DNA of 64,000 bases from Octopus sinensis (GCF_006345805.1 NC_043015.1:25296001-25360000); one strand, 5' to 3'; shown: positions 40,086-55,763, numbered from the stretch's first letter. Notes: a model not told the origin generated them from the sequence alone. Numbers and translations: made by a program.

Positions 40086-41274
40086 GTTGTTATTGTTATC
40101 ATTATTGTCATTATTATTGTTATTATTATTATTATTTCTTCATCAACATATCTTTACCTGCAAACATAAATATTGTGAAGAGAGAGAGAGCATGAAAGTT
40201 GAAAAGTACTAAGACCTAGTACTGGAAGTGAAACACATGCATAAACTCTGAAGAATGAAGTGATATTTGTTGTGGTTGGTGCATCTGTGACCTTCTCAAA
40301 GAAAGCCAGAATTATCAAACATCATAGGAAGTGCAGAAATGGCAGTAATACTGAGCAGAGGACATGTATTGATAAAGGTGATACATATCTATGATGCAGA
40401 AGGAAGCTGAAACATGACAAAGATAAATCAGGAAAAGAAATAATAATAATAATGATGATAATAATGGCAATAATAACAATCTGTAACAAGGCTAGGAATT
40501 TGAGAAGGAGCAGTCAAAATTATAAGTCCTTGTATGTGAATCCTACTTGAATTTATAGAACATAAAAAGATGAAAAGCAAGGCTGACTTTGTCAGAATTT
40601 GAGCCCAGAATGTAAAGAGCTAAAATATATATTTTGTAAACCATTTTGTGTTATGTTCTAATGTTTCTACCAATTTATAAGCCTAATAATAATGGCTTTG
40701 GATTTAGGCACAAGCCAGCAATTTTAAGGAGAGAGAGGTAAGTGATCATACACAGCATTTGACTGGTATATTTTTATCTGTAGAAGGATGAGAAACAAAT
40801 TTGACAGCAATGAGATTTGAACTCAGTATGGAAAGAGTTAGGATCATCATCATGCTGGCATGGATCTGATGGTTTGGCAAGAACAGACGTGCCAGAAGGC
40901 TCCACCAAGTTCTGTGTCTGTTTTGAAATTGTTCTACTGCTGGATGTCTTTCCAAATGCCAACCACTTTAACAGAGTGTATTGATAGCTTTTAGCATGGC
41001 ACCAGCACCAACGACATCACCAAGTACCTACAAATTCCTCTCAAATGGGTGGGGTATAGACTGAAGGAATAAAAGGTATGATAGAGGAAGAGTGGCAGAT
41101 GCTTTGCTGAAGAGGTGAATGCATAACTTGCCCATTCAGAAAGTAAGAAAAAGAAAGAGATGTGAAGTTCAAATACATCACGAATATGAGAGAGAATAAG
41201 ATAGAAGAGCAGAAAAGATGGATGTGTGGATGAGTGCACTGACAGATGATGAGAGAATGATTTCACTAATCCAG

Positions 41275-41490
41275 GTAATAGCGGTTTCAAATTTTGGCAC
41301 AAGGCCAGCAATTGCAAGGGAAAGGTAAATTGATTACATCAACTCCAGCACACAACTGGTACTTAATTTATCGATCCTGTAAGAATAACAGACCAAGTCA
41401 GTCTCGGCAAAATTTGAACTCAGAACATAAAGGTGAACAAAATGCTGCTAAGCATTTTGCATAGCATGGTAACAATTCTCCTAGTTCACA
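41275..41490 (-). mobile_element. Short tRNA-headed SINE with a conserved core (ctttgcctttcatcctttcggggtcgataaattaagtaccagt consensus)
   Basis: Many copies: ~10700-10860 (+), 13143-13290, 26985-27175, 27200-27355, 37665-37860, 38030-38170, 38525-38705 (all minus). The core recalls Meta/Nin-type SINE domains; assignment uncertain. Confidence 0.8.
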
Positions 41491-41510
41491 GTCTTATATA
41501 ATAATAGTAA

Positions 41511-41552
<42 letters not shown>

Positions 41553-41574
41553 CAATAGCAGCAGCGTCATCGTC

Positions 41575-41870
41575 ATCGTCGTTGTTTACCATTCGCTTTC
41601 CATGCTGGCATGGGTTGGACAGTTTGACTGAGGGCTGGCGAGCCAGAAGGTTGCACCCGGCTCCAATCTGATCTGGATAAATTTCTACAGCTGGATGCCT
41701 TTCCTAATGCCAACCACTCCGAGAGTGCAGTGGGTGCTATTACGTGCCACTGGCACAAGGGCCTGTCAGGCAGTACTGGGATCGACCATGCACAAATGGT
41801 GCTTTTTATGTACCACCTGCACAAGAGCCAGTCCAGCGGCACTGACAATGACCATGCTCGAATGGTGTTG
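41575..41870 (-). mobile_element. Abundant repeat with (ATG)n tail (ggaagggcatccagctgtagaaa...cccatgccagcatggaa family)
   Basis: Copies at ~13540-13720, 16228-16365, 17244-17385, 34620-34870, 36130-36340, 43550-43740, 44200-44330, 60960-61105, 61920-62060. Confidence 0.85.
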
Positions 41871-44330
41871 TGGTGGAACGTTGATTATATTGATCCCAGT
41901 AGTTGACTGATACCTTGTTTTAATGACTCAGGAGAGATGGAAGGTAAAGCTGAGGTCAGCAGGATTTGTCACCAGAATGCAGAAAGCTGAAAGGCATACT
42001 GCAAAACCCTTTCTGCAATGTTCTAATATTTCTACCTGTTCAATAAGTGATTTTATTTACCTCACAGATATCGAATAAGAACATAAAAGACATGTAAATT
42101 GATTGTGAGTATTTGGGGGTGGGGAGAGGAGTTTTACATCAGAAACTCAAAGAAGAAAATCGTAGGTTTAGTTTAAGAATGGTTCATTGTGAGATTCCGT
42201 TAAAGTTTGTTTCAAAAGTGGTGGAGATTTTGATGTAATTTCATCTAATAAGCAGAGGCATTGTTCAGCAAATGGTTATTGTTTTAATTGATGGTGATGG
42301 TGAGGGATAGGGGAAGGTTGGTGGTGGTAGTATTGGAAGTCATCATATTGATGGGAAGTGTAGGAAAGGAAGGTGGTGGGGGAGGACATTAGAACTGTAA
42401 TTAAATATAATATTCATAAGCAATGCCAATTAAATAACATACAGTAACTACCACATATTAAACTATCAAACACAAACTTGATTTCATTTTTCTAGTTTAA
42501 AAATTATTTTGCTTTTTTATTGTTTTTTTTAATGTTTTTCTATTTTTTTCATAAATTTGTTCAGGAATTTATATTGAATATCATTTTCTAAAACACAATT
42601 AAAAATATGGTTAAAATTGGTTTTTATTGCTCATAATTGAAAACTAAACTGTAGTGTTCTATTTGTTTATTTTTGTTCTATTTTAACTCTATTTTTTCTT
42701 TTCTATTTTGTTTGTCTATTTAAAGGAATGAATTCATATGATATAATATTATATAATACCAAAATTATAGTTAAATGTCTCATTTTTATATATTTCTTGG
42801 TTGATTTTTAAAGATCTTTTATAGGCATTTTTGATTTTTAAACAGAACAAAAAAAAACCATTAAAACTTAAAATAATAATATATCAATAAAAATAATAAT
42901 AATGATGATAAACAGAAAGCGTTCTCTAATACTTGATTTACTTTCATCTTAATTTTGCCTTTATAAATTCCCAAATATATAATATAAAAAAAACAGCCAC
43001 AATTCACAAATTTTAAAAGAACCAAACTTTGAAAATAATAACAATGGCTGGAATTCTATCAACATTTTCTTATTTTCTTCAGAAGCCAAAAGTTTGTATT
43101 TCACTAAAATGATATTATATATTTGATATAGTAACTCATAATATGATTTTTAATTTCATTTTAAAATACACTTGATGATACACACATACACACACATGCT
43201 GCAATCAACTTATAGAGGCACAAACTGTAATGATGCCAGAGTTAAGGATTTCATGGAATAAATCTGCAAAGTGTACAATCAGGAATCATCTAACACTAAA
43301 ACTAAATAATGATGGAAATGGTAAGATATCCCTTACATATTAGTATGAGCTTCTAGAACTAGCAGTTAAATGTTTCCCAAATTATGCCCACAAAAGAAAT
43401 GATTGATGAACTAAAAGAACCAAAAGAAAATTAAAAGGGAAGAAAAAGAAAAAGTAAAATGCTCAAAGAATCTGTTTCTCTCTCTCTCTACACACACAAA
43501 CATGGTTTTAGTCAATGGCATCGAACCTCAGTACTTAGAATGAACTCACCATTATCCTCATTTATGTCCATTTCCCATGCTGGTATGGGTTGGATGATTT
43601 GACAAGAGCTGCACTAGGCTCCACTGTCTGGTTTGGCATCATTTCTACAGCTGGATGCCCTTTCTAACTCCCTGGGTGCATTTTATGTGGCATCAGCACT
43701 GACAAGGTCACCAAGTATCTTGCAAGACAAAAACCCACTCAACGGGGAGGCAGGGGCTGAATTATACTAAATAGTATTCATGGAGTCATACAAATGTGAG
43801 CATACCTAAGTTCATTATGAATATATTTATATGCATATGTGTGCTTATTATTTATACTTGCATTTATGCTTCTGATAGTGTTTGCTGATACATTGTCATC
43901 CCCATCATCATTGTTTTAACACATTCCCTTTCCAATTCTTGTAAGTGCTGGATGAGGTTTATTTCTATGGCCTGATGCACTTCTTGTTACCAACTCTCCC
44001 TTGTTTCCAAGCAAGGTTATATTTCTCCATAGCCAGACATGTTTCCACAGAAGAATATTGGAAATGTCTGCACACTGCTTGTATGACAATGACACTCATT
44101 TACAACAATCATGTGACATCAAGATAAAGAGACACAAACATACATACATATTCATGCATACACACACACATATATACATGCACACATACATATATATACA
44201 TCATCATCATCATCATCATCGTTTAGCGTCCGTTTTCCATGCTAGCATGGGTTGGATGGTTCTACTGGGGTCTGTGAAGCCAGAAGGCTTCATCAGGCCC
44301 AGTCAAATCTGGCAGTGTTTCTACGGCTGG

Positions 44331-44426
<96 letters not shown>

Positions 44427-45977
44427 TATATGTAAGAGTGGCTGTGTGGTAAGTAGCTTGCTTACCAACCACATGGTTCTGGGTTCAGTCCCACTGCATG
44501 GCACCTTGTGTCTTCAACTATAGCCTTGAGTCAACCAAAGCCTTGTGAGTGGATTTGGTAGACAGTAACTGAAAGAAGCCCATCGTGTGTGTGAGTGTGT
44601 GTGTGTGTATGTGTGTGTATATGTTTGTGTCTGTGTTTTTCCCCCTCACCATCACTTGACAACTGATGCTGGTGTGTTTAGGTCTTCATAACTTAGTGGT
44701 TCACCAAAAGTGACCAATAGAATAAGCACTAGGCTTACAAAAAATAAGCCCTGGGGTCAATTTGTTCAACTAAAGGTAGTGCTCCAGCATGGCCTCAGCC
44801 AAATGACTGAAAGAAGTAAAAGAAAAGAAGAGGTAGACCTAGGAAAACTTGGGATGAAGTGGTGAGAAAGGATGTTTGAATGCTGGGACTCAATGAGGAA
44901 ATGTGAAGGGACTGGGAGGTGTAGCAATTTGCTGTACTTGAAGAGATGCATCCAGCTAAGTAAAATCACATGGATGCTCCACATGTAGGACCAGAACATT
45001 GAGATACATTCCTGTTGATCAAAATATAACTTAGCTATCTGATGAATAGATATTGATAAAAGTTAAATACAGACCGAAACAAGCCTTCAATGCTACATGA
45101 TCAACTAAAATACATTACACTAGTGCCCTGGCATGGCTACATTCATTGGAAAGCAGCCATGAAATTTTTTCAATAAATAGAAAAACATTCCTTGCTGTTT
45201 TATGTGAAGTTAACCAATAATGTGTGTGTGTATGTGTGTGTGTTTGATATTATATGTGTGTGTAAAATCATGAAAATATTGAGCAAATAAAATCATTAGA
45301 ATTCACAGTGAACAGAAGTAGTCTCTTGCCATGAACAAAAGTCAATTCTGCTAAAAATTGTTTAAAAAAAGCAAGGACTGAAGGACTGAGGTAGAATGTT
45401 ACTAAATCTATGAGGGAAAGGAAGAAATACCATTTTGGCACATTTTTAACCAACAAAAAGATCAATGAGTTGTGTTAAGTGAGTAGTGATCAATAATGAA
45501 AGATTTGGATAATATAATTACATGAATATATGACGTGAGGTAAGAAGAAAAGAGTAGCATTAATTATATTGTGTGTGCGTGTGTGTTCCACATATGTGTG
45601 TATGTGTGTGTGTGTATTCCACATGTGTGTATGATGATTTTTAAAACAGAGGAAATTTAATGTTGCAGTTTTATTTTGAGAAATAATAAGTATAATTACT
45701 TAAGTAAACAGATACAATGTCACAATAATCATCGTTTTCCTACAACACAATAAAATAGTAAACAGCTAAAAAAGAAAGAAAGAAAAGAACTCACAAGAAA
45801 TAAAAATACAAAAACTAACAATGCAAAGGTAAATGAGATTCTCTTTGACTGCTAGATTAGAACTAATAAGTTTGTGATAGCCAATGGTTCTTAGTGTACA
45901 GGAAATTGCTCACTGAATTAACATGAAAGCTTAAATAATGATTATAGTTAAAAAAGGTTATCAGAGTTTAATACATA

Positions 45978-46024
<47 letters not shown>

Positions 46025-49000
46025 CACACACAAACACACACACACACAGATAGTTAGCTAGATAGATATATTAATATATAAGTGTGTGTGTGTGTCTGTT
46101 TGCGTTTGTGTAAGTATATACAGGATGTAATGAAATGCAAGGTGAAAGATGCAAGCAATGAATAGCAAAGTGTATATTCCGAGAACTAAGACAACAAAAA
46201 CTATGTTAAATTGACCACGACAAATTATATATAAAGTGAGAGAGAGAGAAAGAGCGAGAGAGTGAGGTGGGGTGGGGGTGCATTATATGACTTAATTTTT
46301 GACAGCAAGAATTGATTATATTTTTTCTGCTCTACTAGAAAGTCATTGATTTGAAGCAAATTGATACCACTCACTTTCTTCAGATTCAAAAAGAAAAAAA
46401 TATATTTTTACATTTTTATATTTTTTTACACTTAGCTTCTTAACTACAGTGTAAATGACCCAATGCTGTATCCTCTCCATGATAACTGAACCTGCTAAAA
46501 TGTGAAAGTAAATCTCCCTCAAATGATACCCTTCAAATGTAACAGGTAGAAGGGATGAAGGAACCCTAGTTAAACTGAGCCCATCAAATAGACAGGGATT
46601 GCAAGAACGCCTTTGATTATGTTTCTACTTTGATCAGGATTGACCTTGTGCCAGGTAACAACTGAGCTGCAGTGAAATGAAACCAAGGAAAAAAAATTAT
46701 TAGAAATTTTTCATCAAAACTTTGCAACAAAGTAGTCATCAACATCATTATCAGCATCATTTTGGCATCAAGTTTTCCATTCTCACTGGTGTCAAAGGAG
46801 TCTTTGGTGGGGCAGAATTTTCAATGGCCAGATGCCCTTCCAAATGAGAGAATTAGCTCCCAGTTTATTGAATAACAAACAGTCAAGACATATTGAGAAT
46901 GAAAACCAGAAACAACAACACTGCATGATTGAGTCTTTTGTTAAAGATCGCACAACAAACGCAAACATGTTACGAAGCTGGGACATCTGGACATGCTTTC
47001 ATGGAAGACTGCAACACAGGCTGTGAAGCTATAGTTTACAATCAGAGAACGAACATGTGTAGGTGAAGGAAATACAATCTCATTCCTACAAACTTACAGG
47101 CATGCATAATAAGTATGTACTGTCATAGAGGTCAGCTGTCTTGCTGATGTGAACATCTCTTTGAAGATCAAAGAGAAAGCAGGTAACTATGGACTGTTGT
47201 TTTGAAATCTCCAGTTTCTATATCCAAATTGCAAATTCACATTTATACCAATACTAATTGGTGCACTTCTGTTTGTGAGTGAATGCTTCAGTGACAATCT
47301 TGAGAAATTAGGTTTCTCAAAACCAGAAAGGAGAAAGCTAATTTAAAGACTACAGACCCAATTCATCACTGGAACTGTAAAAATCTATAAAACTTACCAA
47401 AAGTTTCTCATTTAAATATATATGAGCATGTCCATATTGTCTCAGCTCATAGAAAAGAAAGAAAGGAAATAGAGAAGGGATTTAAATGCAGAAAATCTAA
47501 GGCCATGTTTACATACTGCAGAACTTATTCCAAGGGATTAGACTAAATTGTATTCAACAAAATATGTTGTGATTTAGTCCCAGGTCAGCCTTGGTCATGT
47601 GACCCTATGATACAAAGCATTTCAGTAGTGACAATATCATCTTATTTTCCATTCGTGCTAGTTGTGTATTATCCAATGTGTTCATCTTACCAAAATTACA
47701 GGTGAAGTTTAAAGAAGATTTATTTGCCTTCTATTTCTAGCAGATCCAGTGACCTAATACAAGATTCTTTGTTGTTTAACCCATAACAGAGTATGATTTC
47801 ATGCATGATACTCACAGTAATGTAAGATGTTAGAGATGAGGGTGAGGAATATAGATGGTGGTATGAATGATATTGAAAGAAAATCTTAATTGCAAATGGG
47901 CAGCAAAGGTGGCCTTGGCTTTAAAAATGTGAAGACCACAAGTGAAACCATTGGGATTGGCTTCTTAATGAAGGTCCAGTTTCATAAGAAGAAAAGGAGA
48001 AAACTCTTTGGAGTCCCAAACTCAATCCTACATTTCTGAGAGACATAATTATTAGGAGTGTTTATGACAATAGACACAATCCAACACCCTGTCTTCTTAC
48101 ACCAGCAGTTTCAGTGTATTTCAATGCCCTGCTATTTGATTTTTCTTCTGTTGTAGGGTAACTGTGCTTCTTAGAAGGTACAGGTAAAAGTGATTCTCTA
48201 TTTGAGGCCTCCACAAGATATAATAGGTTCATGAATAACTCTCCACAAGGAAGCCTCAAGCACAGCCACTGTGACCTACTCACAGACATCACCATAGCAG
48301 TTTAGCAATGACTCATGAGTCACAGTTTCTTTCTTCTTTTTCCTTTGCTACACTCACAGTTCTTGCAAAGATTATAGGCAGTGCAGTGCATACTGGGAAG
48401 TTTCCCAGGGGCAAAGTGCTTCCCATAGAGAAGTCAAGGAGTTCACCAAATTTGTAAAGAAAAGAGACAACAATGTGGTAACACATTGCTGTGTAGGTAC
48501 AGTATTATGGGTGGCACGATAACTTGAAATGAGTGCTACACAAAACTGCCCAGGGACACACTCTGCATAAAAGTGTATGGTAAGATTGATACTAGCATAG
48601 TTTATATGATAAACAAAAAAGTATCAATCATATTTTGTTTGCCTGAGAGAACTCTTACGTCTATGATAGGCACTTCTTGATTTAAAATCATCTAAATTAG
48701 AGCATTTCATCGAAATTTCATTAATTAATGTTCCTAACACTAGCTTTGATAATGGCTAAATTGTTTTATTTAATTCTTCATTATTTTCAAAATTACCTGA
48801 AATAAAGGCAACGTATTTGGTAGAAATATGGCAACAGAAACAAGTGTGTTAACATTTGCTTTAGAAACCCTCCCCATAAACAAGTAGAGCTAATCAGCAG
48901 CTTCTGCAAACTCACCACCTTAATTTTGGTTCTGATAAGTACACGACTGTACCCTTCCCATACCAAATGTCTCGTCTGGTGCTAATGTGAGTAATCAATA

Positions 49001-49040
49001 ATAGCAACAGTGATTTTGAACAACAACAACAATAAAATTG

Positions 49041-49136
<96 letters not shown>

Positions 49137-49676
49137 TTAAAGGTTAATTAACAGTAACAATAACCAGCATCTGTGGTTTACAAAGTGCAAATATATTGGT
49201 TGAAAATTCCTTGCAATGGAAAAAATAAATAAATAAATAAATAAAGTAAAGCAACACAGATATAAAAAACATTAAAAAAAATCTGTTATCAGAAATTGAT
49301 AAGAATTGATTTCAATTGTAAAATTGTAAAGTTTGTTTGTTTGTTGTTGTTGTTGTTATTATTTGGCTGTTGTTGCTTTACACATAAACACAGCATTCAT
49401 CTTTTTTTTTTATTGATTTTGTTATTGTGTGTTGTTTTTACACATAAACACAACATTCATTGCTGTTTATTTGACTTTTAAAAACTAATTTTTTCCCTTT
49501 CCTCAGCAAATATTTCAGTTGTTCACTTAAAATAGAGATGTTTATCATATTTGTTTGATGGGTGGGGAGTAGAGGGAGCAAGGGGAGGGGGTTGCCGAAC
49601 CGGTCTTCTGGTCTTTGATAGATAAATAGACAGTCAGACAGACTGACAGAGTTTGATAGGGTTACACAGAAAGATA

Positions 49677-49707
<31 letters not shown>

Positions 49708-52700
49708 ACACACACATACACATGCACACACACTGGCATACACACATACATATATATAGAAAGAGAGAGAGAGAGAGAGCTGTTGAAATGCAGCCAAAGA
49801 AGGAAAAATGAAAAGTAATAGAATGTCCTGTACAATGAAGAGGAAGAAAATATGGCAGAGAAAAGAAGGAAAGGAGAAAGAAACAAGAACACAAAGTACA
49901 ATGTAGTGACAATGATGATGGTGATGATGATGGGAGGAGAAGGAGGAGGAGGAGAATATTGATGATGACCATCATGATGATGAGGATAATGATGACGACG
50001 ACCGACGGAAGGAGAAAGAGAAGAGAAATGAGAATGAAATGGAAGTGGAGGGGGTGAAGTAAAGTTGGAGATGGGAGAGGAACAAAGCAGAGGTGGGGGG
50101 AGGAAAGGGGTTGGCCCAGAAAGCGAATGAATGCCGATATACAAACGAACTGTAGATAGTTTCATTAATTTAATTACCTTTGTCACATTCCCCACCCTCG
50201 TTAGCACCAGCACATCTACCAACATCACCAACTTCGCACATATCTGCCATTCGCCACACACAAATTTATACCTATTTTAAGCATTCGATAGGATTCAAAA
50301 ACAACTTTGAAAGCTTTGACTATTCTGCTGTTACGAGATTTTTATTTTCGATGCCAAAATACAACTGTTTGTTTATTTGATTTGTTATATATCTTGCTTA
50401 TATTTGCTTTGTTATTATTTATAGCATCAGCAGGAGGAGGAGGAGGAGGAGGAGTTTTGAATATTCACCATTAATTTTATTTATTTATTGATATAGTTTT
50501 CGTAAAATTTTATTTGCTTTGAATTCTTTCTTCTCTTGCAGGGAGGAGTACTTTCACTTTCACTTTAATTCAGTTTAATTTATGTTTTCTGAAAAGTTTT
50601 TTAGGAAAATGATTGTGCTTGTTTTTTGTTTGGTGGTTGTTAATTTTTATTTTTCACATTCAAAAGTAATTTATTCGTTTAAATTTATACCTTCACTCGT
50701 TTAGCCCAAAATAATGAGATCTAAAATTTAATTGTCTCATTATTTCTACATGATGAGTGATAAGAGTATGAGTCAAAGACGGACAGACAGACAATGATGT
50801 GTGATAGTAAGTAAAGAAACTTAACTAAGCATTGAGTTCAAATCCTGAAGTGGGGTACTTTGCATTTCCTTCCTAGGTACCAGTAATATACTGGGAGTTT
50901 ACAAGGACAGATTGTTGATTCACTTGACCATAAACCGCACTAAAAGAGAGTGTGAGGCTTTGTGGTTGCTTATGTTTAAAGAAAATATTGGCAGAACACA
51001 GACTACAAATGTCGGTGGAATGTATAGTTGATGTTATTGACCTCAATATACAACTTGTATTTTACTTCATCCACCAAAGAAGGATCTGAATTTGCCATTG
51101 AAATTATATCTCAATGTGAATAGTTTCCTTAGATTGGAATCAGACTATCGATTTAATAGGGAACCATATGTCAGTTTGTGAATCCATTGTAGGTCCAGTA
51201 ATAATTTGTTGGAGAACTTGATAATGGCAACAATAACAACTTGAACGATGGTATTACTGGAAGTTGGTTATGTGGTTGAATAAACACGTTATTTAACACT
51301 GTTCTACTTTGTCTAGCTGTAAGGAAAAGGTACTCAGACCCTCTGGTAGTGTTACCTGTGATATTCCTGTTGTTTGTTGAGTACAAAGTCAGTTCTGCTT
51401 GAACAGGCCTACATTTAAAGATGAGCACCTTTGGTTATGCACTCTTAAAATGAGCAGCCTTGGTTATGTCATCTTGTTGAATATCAGAAGCTACATTGCC
51501 CAATATATATAAAGATATATATATATATATATTTATATATATTATATATATGCCTAAATTTAAGTAAATAACATATGATTTGAGGGAGATTTAATTGCTT
51601 CTTATAGCAAGATGAGGCCCCAAGAAGCAGTTTCCTTGTTTGTTTGACAGCTCAGAGTTCTATTTTCAAATTGTTTGGTCTCTCATCCATGTTTATGCAT
51701 TGAAACCAGAGCAAAGCAGAACCCTGAAAAGATTCTTCATTTGCTTGGGAAAGACATTACATCATAAAGTGTAAAATTATGATGAAGAGAAAGGAAACAA
51801 CAAAATACTTTTTAAAAAATTACCATCTCCCTCTGCTGGTTATTTTAATAACTTGTTTAGCACAAAGCTATTCTAGGCTTACTTTAATAAATAACAACAT
51901 TATCTAACCATTGCCATTTGGCTACCTCTCAGATAAGTAGCTTTCATTGTGTGTTGAGCCAGAGTAGATCTTGTGTAATTGAAATATTATTTCCAAATAT
52001 GTTGACTTAAAATGTGGTTACACTCTAGGTACATAAGCAACCAGTGAAGAATGGGATATGATTAAATCAATCACACACCTCATACAAAAATGTGTGGCCC
52101 TATGCCACAAACCATTATTTATTTAACATAGCAAGGTTACTTTATATAGACTGCAGAAAGAAATGCCATTTAGGCATAACATCATTGCATTTAATAGCTG
52201 ATGAGACGAAGATGATGAATTGTCAGGAGATTAAATAGAGCATAAAAGGAAATGTTAAAAAATAAATCTGAATAAAGCACCTTTTAGTTTCACCTATGTT
52301 CAAAGTTTTAATCCTGCTTTTTATCCAGTCAGAGACTGATAACATAAACAGCAATAATATATACAGGTGAGGTGGAGACTAAATCATTAAGTTCCCAAAC
52401 CCTTAAATATATTTCTCTTTTCCTTCATAATCAAAAGAAATACTTATTTGAACTAAATTAGGAATTAGGAATTCTAGCAGAAAACTTTGAAAGTGTCTTT
52501 CACCTTCAGTTCAGTTTTTCTATGTTCTTGATTTGGCCACCACTTCCCTGCCCACACCTACCTATCTCTCATCAAATTGTCTTTTCACTGTTTCGGGGTG
52601 AATAAAATAAATACCAGTAATATACTAGAACTGACTCTATCAATTATGTCCCACCCCATTTACAAGGATCAACTTTGAGGCAATGAGGATAGCTGTATAT

Positions 52701-53337
52701 TATTGCTTAACCCGTTATCTCTCCCAGACCACACACCACTGTATTAAAATAAGAATGAATACATCTACTTTTGCAGTTCTAGATACACTACAACTGATAT
52801 AAAAACCAAACAGTCACAGCTAGAACACTCTTAATCATAACTCTTCTAAATCAGTTTGGACCTGGGGTTTCATAGCTGTGGCACCATCAGTCTTAACCCA
52901 AACTACATCAGTTAAATTTCCCTCAGATCACATCTTTTGTAAAAGAGGGAAAACACTTTAGAAAGACACCTTAGGTAATGTTGTTATAAATACTTTATGA
53001 ATTGAAATTAAGATGAAATGATTACAGCTTCAAACATCTTTGATAAATTCAATAAATCTCAGTCAAGACTCATACATTGGAAAAACTGTTACATTTATTG
53101 CAGCTGCTTTTGAGATGTGAGTTCCATGTTCTGGAGAGTCTATATCTGGAAGAAGATGTTGAGCTTAAAACTGGAATGCCTTTGAAAGGAGGCTTTACTC
53201 ATTCACCTAAGGCCTCAGCTAAACCATAACAACAGCATCAGCACACACATAACCAGCTAATGTCAGTTCTAGAATTCAACCAGAATTTCAACCTCTGCTG
53301 GCATAAAGGACATGTTGATTGATGATGAGGATGAATG

Positions 53338-53371
<34 letters not shown>

Positions 53372-53441
53372 GGTGGTGGTGGTGGTGGTGGTGGTGGTGG
53401 TTTGGTGGTGGTGGTGGTGGTGGTGGTGGTGGTGATGGTGG

Positions 53442-53473
<32 letters not shown>

Positions 53474-54086
53474 GTAGCAAAGCAGCAGATGAAAACAACC
53501 TAGAATTTAGCTGCTCAATTCTTACCTATCTTCACTAGTTTGAACCTGGTTTAGAAAATACTTTCAATCAATTTGAAGTAAAATATAATTCTAACTTTTA
53601 AGAAGCTTTGAAGTTTCCTTAACAAAAAAATTTTAGAAAATGCTATAATTATTTTTAATAAATGGAAATCAATGCAAGAGGTGTTGGAAACAAAAATTTG
53701 CAGAGAGAAAAGAAAAAATACAAATGGTGAGAGGTTTTAGAAAACAAACAACTCTATCATTAATTAATATAATTTAAAATAACATTAATTAATAAAAATT
53801 GATGCTTAAAAGGTTGGGTTGCAAGAACTATACATTTACACACATACACATATATATGCCTTTTAATAAAGAGGAGGAATATATACATACATACATATAT
53901 ATATTATATATATATATATATATATAATATATATATACATACACATATATATACATATATATACATATATATACATATATATATATACATATATATATAT
54001 ATACACATATATATATATACATATATATATACATATATATATACACATATATATATATACATATATATATACATATATACACACAC

Positions 54087-54143
<57 letters not shown>

Positions 54144-54310
54144 TATATACGCATATACACACACATATATATGTATATATATACACATATATACATATAT
54201 ATATACATAAACACATATATACATATATATACATATATATATACATATACATACATATATATGCATACATACATATATATACATATATACATACACATAT
54301 ATACAGATCC

Positions 54311-54348
<38 letters not shown>

Positions 54349-55196
54349 ACACATGTAGCCAAAATATATGTGTGCATGTGTGTATATATACATATCTTCT
54401 TTCAAAACACTTAATAAAGTAATAAATATTTTGTAATATTTTATTTATAAAGACAGGAGTCAAAGTTGTATCAATATATTTAAAAAAATGGGAAATTAAA
54501 TTTTATAAGTGTTAACAGATACTAGTTATGATAATTAATTAGCAAGTGTGCAATTAACTATATAGTGAAACCAAGGAAATAATAGAACCACAACTCTGAA
54601 CAAAATTGTCTACATTTCTGACATGAAAAAATGAGAAAAATTGTTTGCTGAACTGAGTTTATTTGTGTTGTGAGGCAGGGTGAGTTAATTTTTTTTTTTT
54701 ATAGGAAATGAAGGATCTCCACAGAAGGGGCTATGTTCACTTTGCTTATTCTCACTTCTTTTCTCTTCAATCCCTTTCTCTTTGCTGGAGATTTTTGCTG
54801 CAAATATTATCAGATTCCAAGGTTTCAAATTGGCTCCCTTACTTTGATAGAGGTTTGATTCAATGATAAAACGCAATTTTGACTTCTTCACTTGAACGAA
54901 AATTTGACAATATCTTTAATCAATCAGACGCAAGTTTGTTCTATTTTCCCTCTATGATCAGCAACATACAGTTCTAAATATTATTGGCACAGGCAATTTG
55001 CTGTTATATATTGATGTTACTACAGGAGATACAATGACTGAGTTAGAAGCAGAAGCACGATGACTGTGCAGTTAAAATGATGGAGAAAATGATTAGTAAG
55101 TTTAGATGTGATTACAGCCATTGTTTCATTGACAAACAGACATATAGACAGGTTTCCTCTCTCCTTCTTTTTCTATATATATGTACTATGTATATT

Positions 55197-55258
<62 letters not shown>

Positions 55259-55303
55259 CAAATATATACATATATATATATATATATAATATATATATAT
55301 AAA

Positions 55304-55341
<38 letters not shown>

Positions 55342-55729
55342 TAAATAGATAAAAAGGTGAATATAGACATACATATATACATGTATGTGGAGGTGCAATG
55401 ACCCAGTGGTTAGGGCAACAGACTCGTGGTCGGAGGATCAGGGTTTTGATTCCCAGACCAGGCGTTGTGTGTGATTTTTGAGCGAAAACACCTAAAAGCT
55501 CCTCGAGGCTCTGACAGGGGGTGGTGGTGATCCCTGTTGTACTCTTTCGCCACAACTTTCTCTCACTCTCTCTTCCTGTTTCTTGAGTAACGTTGAGATG
55601 GGGAGAACACATACGCCACAAAAACCGAGAAACCGAGCCCATGAGCCTGGCTAGGCTTGAAAAGGGTGACGTTTATGTTTTTATATACATATATACATAT
55701 ATACATATATATGCATATATATAATATAT

Positions 55730-55763
<34 letters not shown>

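Noticed and set aside
45035-45100. CTGATGA...GAAAC spacing resembling an HHR
   Set aside because: No stem I, II or III pairing and no NUH in register; not in an inverted repeat.
47000-47400. Possible THAP-domain relic
   Set aside because: Only vague motif echoes across stops and frameshifts.
54734-54862. Short ORF with a signal-peptide-like start (MFTLLILTSFLFNPFLFAG...)
   Set aside because: About 42 aa; hydrophobicity explained by T-rich sequence; no other support.
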